A stretch of DNA of 53,048 nucleotides from the NCBI GenBank assembly GCA_023435325.1, contig JAEYRT010000072.1, positions 1 to 53,048 of the forward strand, given 5' to 3'. Positions 1 through 11,126 of this stretch are shown here, in pieces. This stretch comes from Pseudomonadota bacterium. Its GTDB lineage: Bacteria; Pseudomonadota; Gammaproteobacteria; Burkholderiales; Burkholderiaceae_C. Position numbers and translations under genes: made by a program. Positions within the stretch are counted from its first letter, which is position 1, and the number at the start of each line of letters is the position of its first letter. Below the pieces are notes generated by a model. It was not told where the DNA came from, ran no database searches, and was given only the letters and a program-made list of their open reading frames with translations.

Positions 1-1
1 G

Positions 2-3000
2 GGCAATGGAGGGCATGGAGGCAAAGAACTCCACGGCCTCGTCCACTTCCATCTGCAGCACATCGCCAATGCTCTTGCCGCGCCAGGTGACGGCCAGGGT
101 TTCAGGGTTGAAACGGGCGCCGTGGCAAGTTTCGCAGGGCACTTTCACATCGGGCAAAAAGCTCATTTCGATGGTGCGCATGCCCTGGCCTTCGCAGCCT
201 GGGCAGCGACCTTCGCCGGTATTGAAACTGAAGCGCCCCGCGCCGTAGCCACGGGCCTTGGCCTCCAGCGTGTCGGCAAAGAGTTTGCGGATGGTGTCCC
301 AGAAGCCAATGTAAGTGGCGGGGCAGGAGCGCGGAGTCTTGCCAATCGGCGTCTGGTCCACTTCGAGCACACGGTCAATCGCCTCATAGCCCCAGACGGC
401 TTCGCAGCCGACCAGCGCAGGTGTCTTGCCTGCTTCCATGGCTTCACGACCGGCTTTCGTGGATCGCTGGCTGACGAGTGCAGCCACATTGGTCAGCAAC
501 ACATCGCGCGCCAGCGTGGATTTGCCAGAGCCGGAAACGCCGGTGATGGCCACCAGGCGCTTGAGCGGCACGCTGGCTTCAATGTCTTGCAGGTTGTGCA
601 GGTGGGCGCCATTGACCACCAGCCAGTGCAGTGGGCCAGCGTCTTTGCTGGGGTTTTGCAGTTCGGCATTGGCTTGTGCACTGGCTGCTTCCAGTGCGGC
701 AGCCGCATCAGCAGCGATCTGCTTTTTGGTGCGCTTCCTGGGCTTGGGTGCTTGTTCAACAGGTACATCCGCCGCATCAGGCACACCATGCACAGGACGC
801 CGCGCCTGATAGGGGTGGCGCATGGCGTGCAGCAGGTAACGGCCGGTTTGTGAATCTTCGGCGGCCATGATGTCTTCGGGCTTGCCCTGGGCCACCAGCG
901 TGCCGCCGCGCTTGCCTGCGCTGGGGCCAATGTCGATCACATGATCGGCACGGCGGATGGTGTCTTCGTCGTGCTCCACCACCACCAGCGTATTGCCCTT
1001 GTCGCCCAGTTTGTGCAGGGCATTGAGCAGGATGTGGTTGTCGCGCGCATGCAGACCAATGGTGGGTTCGTCGAGCACATAGCACACGCCCTGCAGATTG
1101 CTGCCCAGCTGGGCAGCCAGGCGAATGCGCTGTGCCTCGCCACCGGACAACGTGGGCGCACCACGGTCCAGCGTGAGGTAGTTCAGGCCGACTTCTTCGA
1201 GAAACTCCAGGCGCCCCAGAATTTCTGGCAGCAGATCGCGTGCAATATCGGTTTCTCGGCCGGTGGTCTCCAACCGCTGGAACCACTGGCGCAACTCGCT
1301 GACCGACATCTGCGCCAACTGCGTGATGCCTTTGCCGTGGAAGCTGACCGCACGCGCCCGTGCGTTCAGGCGTGTGCCCTCACAGGTAGGGCAGGTGCAT
1401 TCCTCGAGGTCTTCGACCTCGTTGGCGGTCAGCGTCAGCTCACGGCCACGGTTGTCTTCGGCCAGTGTGCTGTCGTCGTAGACCTTGCGCTGGTCCTTGC
1501 TCAGCTTGACGCCCGTGCCCACGCAGTCGGGGCACCAGCCGTGCTTGCTGTTGTAGCTGAACAGGCTGGGCTCCAGCTCGGAGTAGCTGGTCGCGCAGAT
1601 AGGGCAGGCACGCTGGGTGGAGTACACCTGCAGCCTGCCCACGCCCTTGCCTTGGTCCGGAGAACCAATGGCGGACTCCAGATCGTCGATGCCCGAGAGC
1701 ACATGCACCACGCCCTTGCCAATTTCCAGCGTCTTGGCCAGTTGTGCGCGCAGTTCTTTCTCGTTGGTTGCCGTGACCTTCACGCTGGCCACAGGCAGCT
1801 CAATCGTGTGCTCCTTGAAACGGTCGAGGCGCGGGAAGCCCGTGGTCGGCAGAAAGGCACCGTCGACACGCAAATGCGTATACCCCTTGGGGCGTGCCCA
1901 GTCGGCCAGTTCGGTATACACGCCCTTGCGGTGTACCACCAGCGGTGCCAGCAGGCCGATGTGCTGGCCCTTGAATTGGCTGAGCAGCTGCGCGGCAATG
2001 CGCTCGGGCGTTTGCGGTTCGACCGCCGCGCCATCGTGCACGCAGTGCTGTGTGCCCAGCTTCACATACAGCAGACGCAGGAAGTGCCAGACCTCGGTGG
2101 TCGTACCCACGGTGGATTTGCGCCCGCCGCGGGACAGGCGCTGCTCAATCGCCACGGTAGGTGGAATGCCCCAAACCGCATCCACTTCAGGGCGACCCGC
2201 TGGCTGGACGATGGAGCGGGCATAGGCGTTGAGCGATTCGAGGTAGCGGCGCTGGCCTTCGTTGAACAGGATGTCGAAGGCCAAAGTCGATTTGCCCGAG
2301 CCGGAAACACCCGTCACCACGTTGAACTTGCCGCGTGGAATATCCACGCTCAGGCCCTTCAGGTTGTGCTCGCGGGCGTTGACGATTTCGATCGCGTTTT
2401 TGCCATCTGATGCTTTGCGGGCGGGCACTGTCAGCTCTTTTTTGTAGAGCATGGGAGCCACTTCCTCCACCAGCTGGCCGCCCACGCCCATGGCCAGGTC
2501 GTACTCGCGCAGCGCTTGCGCGGTGTGTGAGCCTTGGACCTGGCGCACTTCCTCGGGCGTGCCTTGTGCCACGATCTGGCCGCCGCCGTCCCCGCCTTCG
2601 GGGCCGAGGTCGATCAACCAGTCGCTGGCGCGGATCACGTCCAAGTTGTGTTCGATCACGATCAGGCTGTGGCCCGCTTCCAGCAGCTTGCGCAGTGCGC
2701 GCATCAGTTTGGCAATGTCTTCAAAGTGCAGGCCGGTGGTGGGTTCGTCAAACAGGAACAGCGTGCCCTTGCGCGCAATCTTCTGTTTGGATTTGGAGGC
2801 AGTCTTGGCAGCTTCGGCGAGGAAACCAGCCAGCTTCAGGCGCTGCGCTTCACCGCCGGACAGCGTAGGCACGGGCTGGCCCAGTTTCACGTATTCCAGG
2901 CCCACATCCACGATGGGTTGCAGGGCACGGATCACATCGGCGTCTTGGCTGAACAGCAGGGCGGCCTCGGCCACGGTCAGCTCCAGCACATCGGCCACGT

Positions 3001-5482
3001 TCAGCACACGACTGCCGCGTTCGATAGTGACTTCCAGAATCTCTTCGCGGTAGCGGCTGCCATGGCAGTCAGGGCAGCGCAGGTATACATCGGAGAGAAA
3101 CTGCATCTCGACATGCTCAAAGCCCGAGCCGCCGCAGGTGGGGCAGCGGCCATCGCCACTGTTGAAGCTGAACTTGCTGGCCGTGTAACCGCGTTGGGCG
3201 GACAGGGGCGCGAGGGCAAACAGTTCGCGAATGCTGTCCCAGGCGCCCACGTACGACACAGGGTTGGAGCGTGCGGTTTTGCCAATGGGGGATTGGTCTA
3301 CAAACACCACATCGGCCAGATGATCGGCACCGAGTAAGCGGTCGTGCAGGCCAGGGCTGTCGGTGGGTTTGCCAAAGTGGCGCAGCAGGGCCGGTGCGAG
3401 GATGTCCTGAATCAGCGACGATTTGCCGGAGCCCGAAACGCCAGTCACCGTGACCAGACGCTGCAGCGGGAAGTCCACGTTCAGGTTCTGCAGATTGTGC
3501 TCACGCGCGCCTTCCAGAATCAGGCGCGGGGTGCTGTCGGTGACCATGCGCTTGAAGCCAAAGCCCACTTGCTTGCGCCCACCGAGGTAGGCGCCGGTCA
3601 AGGTATCAGCTTGCTTGAGCTCTTCGGGCGTGCCATCAAACACAATCTGACCACCGCGTGCGCCGGGGCCGGGGCCCATGTCGATCATGCGGTCTGCAGC
3701 AAACATCACGGCGGGGTCGTGCTCGACGACGACCAGCGTGTTGCCCGCATCGCGCAGGCGGTGCATGGCCTGGGTGATGCGCTCCATATCGCGCGGGTGC
3801 AGGCCGATGCTGGGCTCGTCCAGCACAAACAGGGTATTGACCAGCGAAGTGCCCAAGGCAGTGGTCAGGTTGATGCGCTGCACCTCGCCGCCTGATAGCG
3901 TGCGGCTCTGGCGGTCCAGCGTGAGGTAGCCAATGCCTACGTCCACGAGGTATTTGAGGCGTGTGCCGATTTCTTCATTGAGCAGCTTGAGCGCCTGGTA
4001 TTCGCCTTCAGGCAAACCAGTCGCATTCGCGAGGTTCAGGCTGTCAAAAAAGCTGCGCAGCCGTGTGATGGGCAGGCGCATCAGATCGTGCAGGCACAGG
4101 CCGGGCAGTGCTTCGAGCTGGTCGCGGCTCCAGCGCACGCCATTGGGCATAAAGCGCTGAGAGGGAGGCAGCACGGCATCGGCCTGCGCCTTGCTGCCGA
4201 TGCGCCACAGCAGGCTTTCGGTTTTCAGGCGCGCACCGGCGCAGGTCGGGCATTCCGTGTAGCTGCGGTACTTGGACAGCAGCACGCGGATGTGCATCTT
4301 GTAGGTCTTGGTTTCCAGGTATTCAAAAAAGCGGCGGATGCCATACCACTGCTTGTTCCACTGCCCCTTCCACAGCGGCGAGCCTTCGATGACCCAGTGT
4401 TTTTGCTCTGCGGTGAGCTTGTTCCAGGCGATATCGCGTGGGATACCTTCGGTCTCGGCATGGCGTATCAGGTCATCCTGGATCTCTTTCCAGCCGGGTG
4501 TCTGGATCGGCTTGATGGCACCGGTGCGCAGCGTGAGCTTGTCGTTGGGTATGACCAGCCCCCAGTCCACACCGATCACGCGCCCGAAACCACGACACGC
4601 CTCGCAAGCACCCACGGCAGAGTTGAAGGAGAACAGCGAGGGCATGGGTGCGGTGTAGCTCAGATGGCTCTCCGGGCAATGCAGGCCTTGTGAGAATTTC
4701 CAGGTGAACGTTTCCCCTTCATCGGGCATGACGTAGACGGTCACATGGCCGTTGCCACGTTTGAGTGCGACATCAATGGCTTCCATGGCACGGCTGCGTT
4801 CCACGCGGCCAAAGCGAAAGCGGTCAGCCACCACATCCAGGACTTTGACTTTTTCTGGAGGCGCTGCTTTGGTTTTTTTGCCTTTACCGGCTTCTTCCAC
4901 CAGGGCAGCGCGCTCTACTTCGCGCTCGGCCTGCACTTTGGTAAAGCCGCTGGCTGACAGCCATTGCTCGACCTCTTCCTGTGTGGTGTTGGCCGGCAGC
5001 TCGACCGGGAAAGTCAGAGCGATGCGCGGATCGCCCGCAGCCTCACAGCAGCGCTGCTGCAGGGCAGCAAAAATGGTCTCGTTGGTGTCGTGCTGCACCG
5101 GCAGCGCGGTCTGGCTGTCGAACAGGTGCGCGGCACGCGCAAACAGGAGCTTGAGATGGTCATTCAGCTCTGTCATCGTGCCTACGGTGGAGCGGGAGTT
5201 GCGCACCGGGTTGGTCTGGTCGATGGCAATTGCAGGGGGCACGCCTTCCACGCGGTCCACGGCCGGCTTGTCCATGCGGTCGAGGAACTGGCGCGCATAG
5301 GCGCTGAAGGTTTCGACATAGCGACGCTGGCCTTCGGCAAACAGCGTGTCGAACACCAGACTGGATTTGCCCGAGCCACTGGGGCCAGTGACTACGGTCA
5401 GTTCGCCTGTGCGGATGTCCAAATCAAGGTTTTGCAGGTTGTGCTGGCGGGCGCCACGGATGCGAATCTGGCCTTGGGTCAT
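2..5482 (-). CDS. uvrA: Double-length excinuclease ABC subunit UvrA (partial, runs off the left edge)
   Basis: Manual translation from ATG at 5482 gives MTQGQIRIRGARQHNLQNLDLDIRTGELTVVTGPSGSGKSSLVFDTLFAEGQRRYVETFS. Four Walker A motifs (GxSGSGKS near 5375, 3430, 2300, 530), LSGGE signatures and CxxC zinc fingers fall in one frame. Absent from the ORF track because the stop is outside the window. Confidence 0.93.
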   Translation of the reverse strand, partial: MTQGQIRIRGARQHNLQNLDLDIRTGELTVVTGPSGSGKSSLVFDTLFAEGQRRYVETFSAYARQFLDRMDKPAVDRVEGVPPAIAIDQTNPVRNSRSTVGTMTELNDHLKLLFARAAHLFDSQTALPVQHDTNETIFAALQQRCCEAAGDPRIALTFPVELPANTTQEEVEQWLSASGFTKVQAEREVERAALVEEAGKGKKTKAAPPEKVKVLDVVADRFRFGRVERSRAMEAIDVALKRGNGHVTVYVMPDEGETFTWKFSQGLHCPESHLSYTAPMPSLFSFNSAVGACEACRGFGRVIGVDWGLVIPNDKLTLRTGAIKPIQTPGWKEIQDDLIRHAETEGIPRDIAWNKLTAEQKHWVIEGSPLWKGQWNKQWYGIRRFFEYLETKTYKMHIRVLLSKYRSYTECPTCAGARLKTESLLWRIGSKAQADAVLPPSQRFMPNGVRWSRDQLEALPGLCLHDLMRLPITRLRSFFDSLNLANATGLPEGEYQALKLLNEEIGTRLKYLVDVGIGYLTLDRQSRTLSGGEVQRINLTTALGTSLVNTLFVLDEPSIGLHPRDMERITQAMHRLRDAGNTLVVVEHDPAVMFAADRMIDMGPGPGARGGQIVFDGTPEELKQADTLTGAYLGGRKQVGFGFKRMVTDSTPRLILEGAREHNLQNLNVDFPLQRLVTVTGVSGSGKSSLIQDILAPALLRHFGKPTDSPGLHDRLLGADHLADVVFVDQSPIGKTARSNPVSYVGAWDSIRELFALAPLSAQRGYTASKFSFNSGDGRCPTCGGSGFEHVEMQFLSDVYLRCPDCHGSRYREEILEVTIERGSRVLNVADVLELTVAEAALLFSQDADVIRALQPIVDVGLEYVKLGQPVPTLSGGEAQRLKLAGFLAEAAKTASKSKQKIARKGTLFLFDEPTTGLHFEDIAKLMRALRKLLEAGHSLIVIEHNLDVIRASDWLIDLGPEGGDGGGQIVAQGTPEEVRQVQGSHTAQALREYDLAMGVGGQLVEEVAPMLYKKELTVPARKASDGKNAIEIVNAREHNLKGLSVDIPRGKFNVVTGVSGSGKSTLAFDILFNEGQRRYLESLNAYARSIVQPAGRPEVDAVWGIPPTVAIEQRLSRGGRKSTVGTTTEVWHFLRLLYVKLGTQHCVHDGAAVEPQTPERIAAQLLSQFKGQHIGLLAPLVVHRKGVYTELADWARPKGYTHLRVDGAFLPTTGFPRLDRFKEHTIELPVASVKVTATNEKELRAQLAKTLEIGKGVVHVLSGIDDLESAIGSPDQGKGVGRLQVYSTQRACPICATSYSELEPSLFSYNSKHGWCPDCVGTGVKLSKDQRKVYDDSTLAEDNRGRELTLTANEVEDLEECTCPTCEGTRLNARARAVSFHGKGITQLAQMSVSELRQWFQRLETTGRETDIARDLLPEILGRLEFLEEVGLNYLTLDRGAPTLSGGEAQRIRLAAQLGSNLQGVCYVLDEPTIGLHARDNHILLNALHKLGDKGNTLVVVEHDEDTIRRADHVIDIGPSAGKRGGTLVAQGKPEDIMAAEDSQTGRYLLHAMRHPYQARRPVHGVPDAADVPVEQAPKPRKRTKKQIAADAAAALEAASAQANAELQNPSKDAGPLHWLVVNGAHLHNLQDIEASVPLKRLVAITGVSGSGKSTLARDVLLTNVAALVSQRSTKAGREAMEAGKTPALVGCEAVWGYEAIDRVLEVDQTPIGKTPRSCPATYIGFWDTIRKLFADTLEAKARGYGAGRFSFNTGEGRCPGCEGQGMRTIEMSFLPDVKVPCETCHGARFNPETLAVTWRGKSIGDVLQMEVDEAVEFFASMPSIA

Positions 5483-5595
5483 GGTGTGCTGCGCGGAAGA
5501 AGAAGCTTGAAAAACCAAGCGGCCGATCATTCTAGGCAGGGACCTACCGTTTGTCGGTCGTTGTTGTGAAAGCGCTTGCAGACTTTGCTGGTAAG

Positions 5596-5628
5596 CAAAA
5601 AGGGCTTGCCCTGAGCAGGCAAGCCCTT
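5596..5628 (-). terminator. Intrinsic terminator of the MFS gene
   Basis: AAGGGCTTGCC-N7-GGCAAGCCCTT stem followed by a T-run on the minus strand. Confidence 0.7.
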
Positions 5629-5661
5629 GGAAGGGGAAGGTTGGGAGGGAGGCGCTTTCGC

Positions 5662-7002
5662 TTACTTGCGCTTGGTTTCCAGCGCGCGGTTCAGACCCAG
5701 TGCCAGCAAGGTGCAGGCTGCCCCCGACAGCAGATAGCCGCCCACTGCAATCGGGCCGAAATGCGAGGACAGGTACAGCGCCACCAATGGTGCAAACGCA
5801 GCGCCCAGCAACCATGCCACGTCAGCTGAATAAGCGGCGCCGACATAGCGATAGCGGCGCGAGAAATTGGCGGTGACCGTGCCTGAGGATTGACCATATG
5901 ACAGGCCCAGCAAGGCAAAGCCCAGCAGAATGAAAATGTTCTGACCGGAAGTGCCACCATTGAGCAGCATGGGCGTGGCGAAGCTGAACAGTCCGATCAG
6001 GACGGCCATGGCCCCCAGGGTATTGCGCCGCCCGAAACGGTCGGCCATCCAGCCGGAGAGCACAATGGCGGCAATGGCGATCAAGGCACCCAGCACTTGC
6101 ATCCACAGGATGTCAGTGACCGGAACATCACCATACAGCGTCATCCACGAAAGTGGGAATACGGTGACCAGATGGAAAAGCGCAAAGCTGGCCAAAGCGG
6201 CCAGGGCACCCAGGAAGATGTTGCGCCCCTCCCCACTGCGGGTGAGTTCAAGGGTGCGTGAGGGTGCCAGCTCCAGACTTTTGAACATGTCGGTGTATTC
6301 ATCGGCCGCCACCAAGCGCAAACGGGCGAACAAGGCCACCACGTTGATGGCGAAAGCCACGCAGAAAGGATAGCGCCAGCCCCAGGCAACAAACTCCTCG
6401 TGGGTCAGCTGGTTATGGATATAGGCAAATATGGAGGCCGCCATCACAAAACCGATGGGCGCACCCAATTGCCCGATCATCGCCCACCAGCCACGCTTTT
6501 CTCTAGGCACGTTCATTGCTAGCAAAGACGGCAATCCCTCCCAGGAACCCCCAACAGCCAATCCCTGAGCAATACGTAAACCCACCAGCCACCAGATGGC
6601 TTGCACGCCAATGCTTTCATAGCTGGGCAACAAGGCAATGCTGACCGTGGCACTACCCAAGAGAAAGAGTGCAATCGTTAATTTGACAGCCATGCCCCAA
6701 TGGCGCTGTACCAGCATGCCCAATGCAGTGCCCACCGGGCGTGCAATGAAAGCGAGGGCAAAAATGCCAAAAGCTGCCAGCATCCCGTCTAGGGCTGAAA
6801 GAAACGGGAAGTACACATGAGGAAAGACGAGAACGCAGGCAATACCGAATACGAAAAAGTCAAAGTATTCGGAGGTGCGCCCGATGATGACGCCGGCAGC
6901 GATCTCACCGGGAGTGACCTTTTCATGTCCATGCGTTCCAGCCAGTTGCTGGTCCACGGGTTGACTGTCCAGGAAAGGAGAAGGGTTCACAATGCTTGTC
7001 AT
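5662..7002 (-). CDS. MFS transporter (MHS-like), divergent from the cyo operon
   Basis: 446 aa, about 12 TM segments, EYFDFFVF, RPVG, WGWRYPF and ADRFGRR motifs. Confidence 0.9.
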   Translation of the reverse strand: MTSIVNPSPFLDSQPVDQQLAGTHGHEKVTPGEIAAGVIIGRTSEYFDFFVFGIACVLVFPHVYFPFLSALDGMLAAFGIFALAFIARPVGTALGMLVQRHWGMAVKLTIALFLLGSATVSIALLPSYESIGVQAIWWLVGLRIAQGLAVGGSWEGLPSLLAMNVPREKRGWWAMIGQLGAPIGFVMAASIFAYIHNQLTHEEFVAWGWRYPFCVAFAINVVALFARLRLVAADEYTDMFKSLELAPSRTLELTRSGEGRNIFLGALAALASFALFHLVTVFPLSWMTLYGDVPVTDILWMQVLGALIAIAAIVLSGWMADRFGRRNTLGAMAVLIGLFSFATPMLLNGGTSGQNIFILLGFALLGLSYGQSSGTVTANFSRRYRYVGAAYSADVAWLLGAAFAPLVALYLSSHFGPIAVGGYLLSGAACTLLALGLNRALETKRK

Positions 7003-7186
7003 GGTGCGTTTCCTTGAAGCAATGCACCACTTTTACGCGGCTTGATGCGCGTCAACAAGCAAGGTTTATCCGCCTGCCGTGTAGGAAAAGGGTTTATCGG
7101 TAGTTCGATGCGACATTCAAGGCGCAAAAACCCCGGGATATCGAGGGGGTTAGCTGTCGCACGCAAGCCCCAATCTGGGGATGTAC

Positions 7187-7200
7187 TTGACATTTATCAA
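7187..7200. promoter_or_regulatory. Putative FNR/ANR-type box in the MFS-cyoA intergenic region
   Basis: TTGACATTTATCAA, one mismatch to TTGAT-N4-ATCAA, upstream of a terminal oxidase operon. Confidence 0.5.
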
Positions 7201-7231
7201 GTCATTTTTTCAATTTCAGTATTTCCTGAAA

Positions 7232-7244
7232 AATCAAGGATTTA
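7232..7244 (+). promoter_or_regulatory. Putative IHF site
   Basis: AATCAAGGATTTA matches WATCAANNNNTTR in an AT-rich promoter region. Confidence 0.35.
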
Positions 7245-7421
7245 GGCTTTCTTTGACGGAAGTCTATTGACATGTGCGGGTGCTTAATTCCTACATAAAG
7301 ACAACACAAGGTAGTGCGATGCCCCTTATCAAGCCGGAAGAAGATGGGGGACAGGAGTAAATTCGGCAGGTTTTGTAATCCGCGTTAACACCTAACAACG
7401 CGCGTTTTTCGCGTTAACAGC

Positions 7422-8456
7422 ATGCCTAAATCCACGGAAACCCGCGGGCCAGTCTGGCTCGCTGCCGCAGCCTTGCTCGCGACCCTCACGGGCTGCAGCA
7501 ATGCCGTCGTGCTTAATCCCGCAGGGGACATTGCTGCTCAGCAAGGCGATTTGGTGGTCACCGCCACCTTGTTGATGCTGATCATCATCGTTCCCGTGAT
7601 CCTGCTGACTTTGTTGTTTGCCTGGAAATATCGCCAGTCGAATACCGAAGCTGAGTACGACCCTGAATGGCACCATTCGACCGCTTTGGAGTTGGTCATC
7701 TGGAGCGTGCCACTGATCATCATCATTGCGCTGGGCGCACTGACCTGGATCAGCACCCACAAGCTGGACCCTTATCGTCCGCTCGACCGTATTTCCGAGA
7801 CCAAGCCGTTGGATCCCAACGTGAAGCCTCTGGAAGTGCAAGTGGTGGCGATGGACTGGAAGTGGATGTTCATCTACCCAGAGCAAGGCATTGCAACGGT
7901 GAACGAGCTGGCAGCTCCCGTGGATCGTCCAATCCGTTTCAAGCTGACCGCCACCCACACCATGAGCGCGTTCTACGTGCCTGATCTGGCCGGCATGATC
8001 TATGCCATGCCTGCCATGGAAACCCAGTTGAACGCCGTGATCAACAAGGAAGGTGTCTTCAAGGGCCTGAACTCGCATTACAACGGTGCTGGTTTCTCGG
8101 GCATGACCTTCAAGTTCCATGGTCTGAGCAACGAAGGCTTTGACGCTTGGGTGCAAAAGGCCAAGGACGAAGGCAAGGCGCTGAACCGCGAGTCTTATCT
8201 GGAGCTGGTAAAGCCTTCGGAGCGCCACCCCGTGACGCGCTTCTCTTCGGTGCAGGAAGGTCTGTATGACCGCGTGCTGAACATGTGCGTGGAAGAAGGA
8301 AAGATGTGCATGCACCACATGATGGCCATCGACGCTGCTGGCGGCGCGGCCTACATGAAGAAGGTGGGCTTGAACCTGCCACAGGATGTGTGCTCTGTCG
8401 AAAACGCTGACCAAGTGGTGGCCCTGTTGGACCAGCGCGCAGAGGCACAGCAGTAA
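7422..8456 (+). CDS. cyoA: Ubiquinol oxidase subunit II
   Basis: Lipobox LTGC, VLNPAGDIA, HSTALELVIW, MDWKWMFIYPEQGIATVNE, no CuA ligands. Confidence 0.95.
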   Translation: MPKSTETRGPVWLAAAALLATLTGCSNAVVLNPAGDIAAQQGDLVVTATLLMLIIIVPVILLTLLFAWKYRQSNTEAEYDPEWHHSTALELVIWSVPLIIIIALGALTWISTHKLDPYRPLDRISETKPLDPNVKPLEVQVVAMDWKWMFIYPEQGIATVNELAAPVDRPIRFKLTATHTMSAFYVPDLAGMIYAMPAMETQLNAVINKEGVFKGLNSHYNGAGFSGMTFKFHGLSNEGFDAWVQKAKDEGKALNRESYLELVKPSERHPVTRFSSVQEGLYDRVLNMCVEEGKMCMHHMMAIDAAGGAAYMKKVGLNLPQDVCSVENADQVVALLDQRAEAQQ

Positions 8457-8515
8457 GCAGTTGACGGATGGAGGTTGCGCAAGCGGCCTTCGCACCACTT
8501 AGCAAGAGACTCGAT

Positions 8516-10519
8516 ATGTCTGAACCAACAACGTTGACCCATCACCCGCTTATCGGGCGGATTGGATGGGACTCCATACCGATGGCACACGACCCCATCA
8601 TCTTGGCGACTTTTGTCGCCGTGGTGCTGGGCGGTATTGCGACATTGGGCCTTATGACCAAGTTCCGCCTGTGGGGCCCCTTCTGGCGTGACTGGGTGTG
8701 CTCGATCGACCACAAGAAGATCGGCATCATGTACATCGTGCTGGGTATCGTCATGTTGCTGCGCGGCTTTGCCGACGCGGTGATGATGCGCCTGCAGCAG
8801 GCCATTGCCTTCGGTGACAACCTGGGCTATTTGCCACCTCACCACTACGACCAGATTTTCACGGCACACGGCGTGATCATGATCTTCTTTGTGGCCATGC
8901 CTTTGGTCACGGGTTTCATGAACTACCTGATCCCGCTGCAAATCGGTGCGCGTGACGTTTCCTTCCCCTTCCTGAACAACTTCTCGTTCTGGATGACTGC
9001 CACAGGCGCCATCTTGGTGATGGTGTCGCTGTTCCTGGGCGAGTTCTCGACCTCGGGCTGGCTGGCGCTGTCGAATCTGGGCAACCAGAATCCGGGCGTG
9101 GGTCTGGACTACTACATCTGGGCACTGCAGTTGTCGGGTGTGGGTACGACGCTGTCAGGTATCAACCTGATCGTGACCATCGTGAAGATGCGTGCTCCTG
9201 GCATGAATCTGATGAAGATGCCTGTGTTCGTGTGGACTTCGCTGTGTACCAACGCCCTGATCGTGGCTTCGTTCCCGATCTTGACTGCGGCACTGGCGCT
9301 GATGACCATGGACCGCTATTTCGGCACACAGTTCTTCACGAACGAGCTGGGTGGTAACCCCATGCTGTACGTGAACCTGATCTGGATCTGGGGCCACCCT
9401 GAGGTGTACATCCTGATCCTGCCCGTGTTCGGCATCTTCTCCGAAATCGTGGCGACCTACTCGCGCAAGCGCCTGTTCGGCTACACCTCGATGGTATATG
9501 CGACTGTGTGTATTACCGTGCTGTCGTGGCTGGTGTGGCTGCACCACTTCTTTACCATGGGTTCGGGCGCAGCGGTGAATACTTTCTTCGGTATCACCAC
9601 GATGATCATCTCGATCCCCACGGGCGCGAAGATCTTCAACTGGCTGTTCACCATGTACAAGGGTCGTATCAGCTACAAACCCCCCATGATGTGGACCGTC
9701 GGCTTTATGTGCACCTTTGCCATCGGCGGCATGACCGGCGTGCTGCTGGCCGTACCACCTGCCGACTTCGTGCTGCACAACTCGCTGTTCCTGATCGCTC
9801 ACTTCCACAACGTGATCATTGGTGGCGTGGTGTTCGGTCTGCTGGCTGGTATCAACTACTGGTATCCCAAGGCATTTGGCTACAAGCTCAACGAGTTCTG
9901 GGGCAAGGTGTCGTTCTGGTTCTGGCTGGTGGGCTTCTGGATCGCCTTTACGCCTTTGTACATCTTGGGTCTGATGGGTGTGACACGTCGTGTGAACCAC
10001 TTTGACGATCATTCGCTGCAGATCTGGTTCGTGGTTGCTGCCATTGGTGTGGCCATCATTGCCCTGGGTATTGCTGCGTTCCTGGTACAGCTGGTGGTTT
10101 CCTACTTCCAGCGCGACCAGCTGCGTGACGAGACAGGCGACCCATGGGGTGGCCGTACACTGGAATGGTCGACTTCGTCGCCACCTCCCGTGTACAACTT
10201 TGCCAAGACCCCCGTGGTGCATGACATCGACGCATGGTGGGACATGAAGAAGCACGGCTATCAGCGTCCGCTGTCCGGCTTTGAAGACCTGCACATGCCC
10301 AAGAACACAGGCGCTGGCTTTGTGATCTCCATGATCGCCATGGTGCTGGGCTTCGCATTGATCTGGCACATCTGGTGGCTGGCCATTGTGTCGTTCGCAG
10401 GTGTGATCATTGCCACGATCGTTCACACCTTCAACTACAACCGCGACTACTACATCCCTGCTGCTGAAGTGCAGGCGACAGAAGACGCACGTACTGAGCA
10501 GCTCGCACGCCATGGCTAA
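8516..10519 (+). CDS. cyoB: Ubiquinol oxidase subunit I
   Basis: [42 protein letters not shown] and AHFH motifs. Start placed at ATG 8516. Confidence 0.96.
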   Translation: MSEPTTLTHHPLIGRIGWDSIPMAHDPIILATFVAVVLGGIATLGLMTKFRLWGPFWRDWVCSIDHKKIGIMYIVLGIVMLLRGFADAVMMRLQQAIAFGDNLGYLPPHHYDQIFTAHGVIMIFFVAMPLVTGFMNYLIPLQIGARDVSFPFLNNFSFWMTATGAILVMVSLFLGEFSTSGWLALSNLGNQNPGVGLDYYIWALQLSGVGTTLSGINLIVTIVKMRAPGMNLMKMPVFVWTSLCTNALIVASFPILTAALALMTMDRYFGTQFFTNELGGNPMLYVNLIWIWGHPEVYILILPVFGIFSEIVATYSRKRLFGYTSMVYATVCITVLSWLVWLHHFFTMGSGAAVNTFFGITTMIISIPTGAKIFNWLFTMYKGRISYKPPMMWTVGFMCTFAIGGMTGVLLAVPPADFVLHNSLFLIAHFHNVIIGGVVFGLLAGINYWYPKAFGYKLNEFWGKVSFWFWLVGFWIAFTPLYILGLMGVTRRVNHFDDHSLQIWFVVAAIGVAIIALGIAAFLVQLVVSYFQRDQLRDETGDPWGGRTLEWSTSSPPPVYNFAKTPVVHDIDAWWDMKKHGYQRPLSGFEDLHMPKNTGAGFVISMIAMVLGFALIWHIWWLAIVSFAGVIIATIVHTFNYNRDYYIPAAEVQATEDARTEQLARHG

Positions 10520-11126
10520 TACATCTATTCAAGCGGGTCAGCGCGAGTATCACCCCGCGCACGAACCACACCCAGAGAACGGTACATCGCTGGGCTTCTG
10601 GCTGTACTTGATGAGCGACGTGCTCATCTTTGCAGCGCTGTTCGCCACATTTGGTGTGCTGGGCCGCAGCTACGCGGGCGGTCCTACTGGTGCCGAGTTG
10701 TTCAGCTTGGAACTGGTAGCCATCAATACTGCCTTTTTGTTGTTGTCGTCGCTGACCTTTGGTTTCGCGATGCTCAACAAGCAAAAGAAGAACGTCAACG
10801 GCACATTGGGCTGGTTGGCTGCAACAGGCCTGCTGGGACTGGCTTTCCTGGCTGTGGAAATCTATGAGTTCGCTCACATCTACAGCATGGGTGCCACGAT
10901 CCAGACCAGCGCGTTCCTGTCCTCGTTCTTCACCTTGGTGGGTACGCACGGTCTGCACGTTTCCTTTGGTCTGATCTGGTTGGTCGTGCTGATGGTGCAG
11001 ATTAAGAAAAAGGGTCTGATCCACGCTAACGTGCGTCGTCTGAATTGCCTGTCCATGTTCTGGCACTTCTTGGACGTGGTCTGGATTGGTGTGTTCACCT
11101 TTGTATATCTGATGGGGGTGCTGTAA
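10512..11126 (+). CDS. cyoC: Ubiquinol oxidase subunit III
   Basis: [26 protein letters not shown]; overlaps the cyoB stop. Confidence 0.95.
   Translation: MANTSIQAGQREYHPAHEPHPENGTSLGFWLYLMSDVLIFAALFATFGVLGRSYAGGPTGAELFSLELVAINTAFLLLSSLTFGFAMLNKQKKNVNGTLGWLAATGLLGLAFLAVEIYEFAHIYSMGATIQTSAFLSSFFTLVGTHGLHVSFGLIWLVVLMVQIKKKGLIHANVRRLNCLSMFWHFLDVVWIGVFTFVYLMGVL

Noticed and set aside
122..5569. Long plus-strand ORFs (for example 941-2410, 2534-3337)
   Set aside because: Antisense shadows in register with uvrA codons, with no recognisable motifs
5572..5606. Possible additional 35-bp repeat unit (ACTT-N7-AAGC)
   Set aside because: Lacks the AGCTG end and overlaps a terminator, so it is too degenerate to call
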